NCBI RefSeq assembly: GCF_039654945.1
Contig: NW_027361838.1
Coordinates: 21,328,001-21,392,000, forward strand
Direction: 5' to 3'
DNA from: Dendrobates tinctorius
Lineage: Eukaryota
DNA length: 64,000 nucleotides
Made by a program: the position numbers and the translations under genes. Below, one piece after another: positions 61,810-64,000 of this stretch. Position 1 is the stretch's first letter. The number at the start of each line of letters is the position of its first letter. The notes below the pieces were generated by a model, which was not told the DNA's origin, did not search any database, and saw only the letters and a program-made list of their open reading frames with translations.

Positions 61810-63145
61810 GGCTGTGTGCACACTAGGGTGACCGCAAAAAATCGATGTCGGAATTTTGTCCGTCTGGACCCCACAAAACGATTCCCCTTTCCAGATAGCC
61901 AAAATTTGAGCTCGATCAAACGACGTTAACCCGTGCCGCTCGTCGCTCAAAGTTTGAAAAAATCCAAATTGAGGTATTTTAAGATTTAGGTATTTTGCAT
62001 AGTCTGTTAGACTATAAAGAATGTGACAACAACATTGCAGAAATAGCCCTGACCAAATTTTCGAACCATTTGTGGTATTTGAATGCAGAGTTGGTGGGAT
62101 TATCGTTTTTTGATCCCACCATTACAGACAATGAAAAGTTGTTAATGGCTAATAAATTGCTCAGTAGCACAGATGAACCATCAGAGCACGCTAGGGTTGT
62201 AAATCCAAAAGTTAGGAAAGAAAAATTAAAAGAGGTAGGAAGTAACCGACTTTAACGACCTTCTGACAAAAGATGAAGAACAAAAGCAATATGTCCTGCA
62301 AGCTGTAAGCAAATGCCGAGCATTATATTCTGACGTTTCAAAAACTACTTTAACAAAAGCTCTAGAATAGATTAGATAACTATGTAAAATTATCAACTCA
62401 TGTAGGTTAGCGTGCTCTGATGGTTCATCTGTGCTACTGAGCAATTTATTAGCCATTAACAACTTTTCATTGTCTGTAATGGTGGGATCAAAAAACGATA
62501 ATCCCACCAACTCTGCATTCAAATACCACAAATAGGTCGAAAATTTGGTCAGGGCTATTTCTGCAATGTTGTTGTCACATTCTTTATAGTCTAACAGACT
62601 ACGCAAAATACCTAAATCTTAAAATACCTCAATTTGGATTTTTTCAAACTTTGAGCGACGAGCGGCACTGGTTAACGTCGTTTGATCGAGCTCAAATTTT
62701 GGCTCTCCCAATATCTGGAAAGGGGAATCGCTTTATGGGGTCCAGACAAACAAGATTCTGACATTTTTTCCCCCCCATATGAGATCCGGTCACCCTAGTG
62801 CACACGCTGCGGATTAGGTGCGGATTCATCCGCGCGGATTTTGTAGAAACCGCAGGTCAAAATACCTGCGGTTTTACCTGCGGATTGCTCTGCGGTTTTT
62901 CATCTCCTCAATGGAGGAGATGGCAAACCGCAGCAGAATCCGCAGAAAGAATTAAAATGTCAATTCTTTCTGCGGATTGAAAACCACAGATAATCCGCGC
63001 GGAAAATTCCGCACCGTCTGCACTGCGTTTTTTGATTCCCATAGGGAATCATGGTACTGTACACCGCAGCAGAAACTGCTGCGGGTCCGCAGCGGCCAAA
63101 ACCACTGCGGAACCGCAGCAAAATCCGCAGCGTGTGCACACAGCC
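61810..63145. mobile_element. PIF/Harbinger-like MITE interrupted in its left TIR
   Basis: tta|ggctgtgtgcacac[insertion]gctgcgg..ccgcagcgtgtgcacacagcc|tta. Confidence 0.85.
61824..62797. mobile_element. hAT-superfamily (hATm-like) fold-back element with transposase fragments
   Basis: TAGGGTGACC..GGTCACCCTA ends, 8-bp TSD gtgcacac, arms 61824-62193 and 62408-62797; peptides KFSNHLWYLNAELVGLSFFD and DFNDLLTKDEEQKQYVLQAV. Confidence 0.85.
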
Positions 63146-63645
63146 TTACTCCTGCAGACTGGAATGAGCATAGGCCCAGATGTCAGTTTTCCTCAATGTT
63201 GAGACTCAAGTGGTTGGGGTAACGGCAGCAAGAGGTGACAAAGGCAAACCTCTGCACAGAGAAATCCTCAAATTAGAAGAATGGCGTGAAGTGATCCATG
63301 CTGTACTGCAAGTCAAATTAGCAGTCAAGTACCAGGACTAAGGCATGAAACCGTGTCTACACGAACCATCAGAATGTATTTGCATGACATTGGGCTACAA
63401 ACCAGATAGTCAGCTAAACTGACCTTACCCCACTGCTCTCAGATGTGGGGCAATACAATGGAGGTCTATGCTCTTCAGAGATGAGACACACTTTTGTCTT
63501 GGATTAAATGACATCCCAAGGTTGGTCTTGAAACCACATGGTCAATGCCATGACGAGGTCTTTAAGGGTTCCTGACAGCTGATACATGCTACCAGATCTA
63601 TGGGCAGCATGTGTCAGTCACTGGCTGTATGATATCAACCACATA

Positions 63646-64000
63646 CAGGTGTAGCTCACAAAATTAGATCAAAAAGTTCATTTATTTCAGTGCTTCAAAA
63701 CAAAAAGTGAAACTCGTATCAGAGAGAGTCATTACAAACAGAGTGATCTATTTAACGTGTTTATTTCTGTTAATGCTGATGACTACGGCTTACAGTCAAT
63801 GAAAACAAAAAAGTCATTATCTCAGTAAATTAGAATACTTTATAACACCAGTTTGAAAAATGATTTTAAAATCCAAAATGTATGTTCAGTAAATACACTC
63901 AATACTTGGTCGTGGCTCCTTTTGCATCAATTACTGCATCAGTGTGGCGTGGCATGGAGGCAATCAGCCTGTGGCACTGCTGAGGTGTTATGGAAGCCCA
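63646..64000 (-). mobile_element. Tc1 element 3' end, same family as 59157-60265, runs off the window
   Basis: TA|caggtg.. TIR matching 59160-59350, followed by the reverse complement of the transposase C-terminus (59940-60050). Confidence 0.85.

Noticed and set aside
49060-64000. Upstream PPP4R1 exons and promoter
   Set aside because: No DLSLLQEDL-like exon or host CpG island was recognised; a short divergent exon could have been missed.

Overview
Eukaryotic, repeat-dense vertebrate DNA. The repeat repertoire points to an anuran (frog) genome, which is an inference. The only host gene is PPP4R1 (protein phosphatase 4 regulatory subunit 1) on the minus strand. Nine consecutive coding exons (about exons 3-11 by human numbering) lie between 48941 and 21958, all with GT-AG boundaries and compatible phases. 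I could not find the flanking exons inside the window. Most of the remaining DNA is intronic, heavily nested transposable elements: four DIRS1-type tyrosine-recombinase retrotransposons plus one old remnant (all in the host-gene sense), a head-to-head Penelope-like (Neptune-type) insertion, a CR1 LINE inside a Helitron-borne minisatellite, several Tc1 elements, three solo LTRs, a piggyBac-like element, a hATm-like fold-back and many MITEs. Most notable observations: (1) a covariation-supported twin-hairpin RNA motif in the 5' leader of three DIRS copies from two families; (2) hammerhead-ribozyme retrozyme insertions, one with a perfect minimal type I core, plus a 399-nt 1.2-mer insertion of the same architecture with no clear ribozyme; (3) an in-phase U_UUA_AAC slippery site at the CR1 ORF1/ORF2 junction; (4) exon-like cargo in a hAT-like element; (5) a fold-back built from hATm-like transposase fragments.
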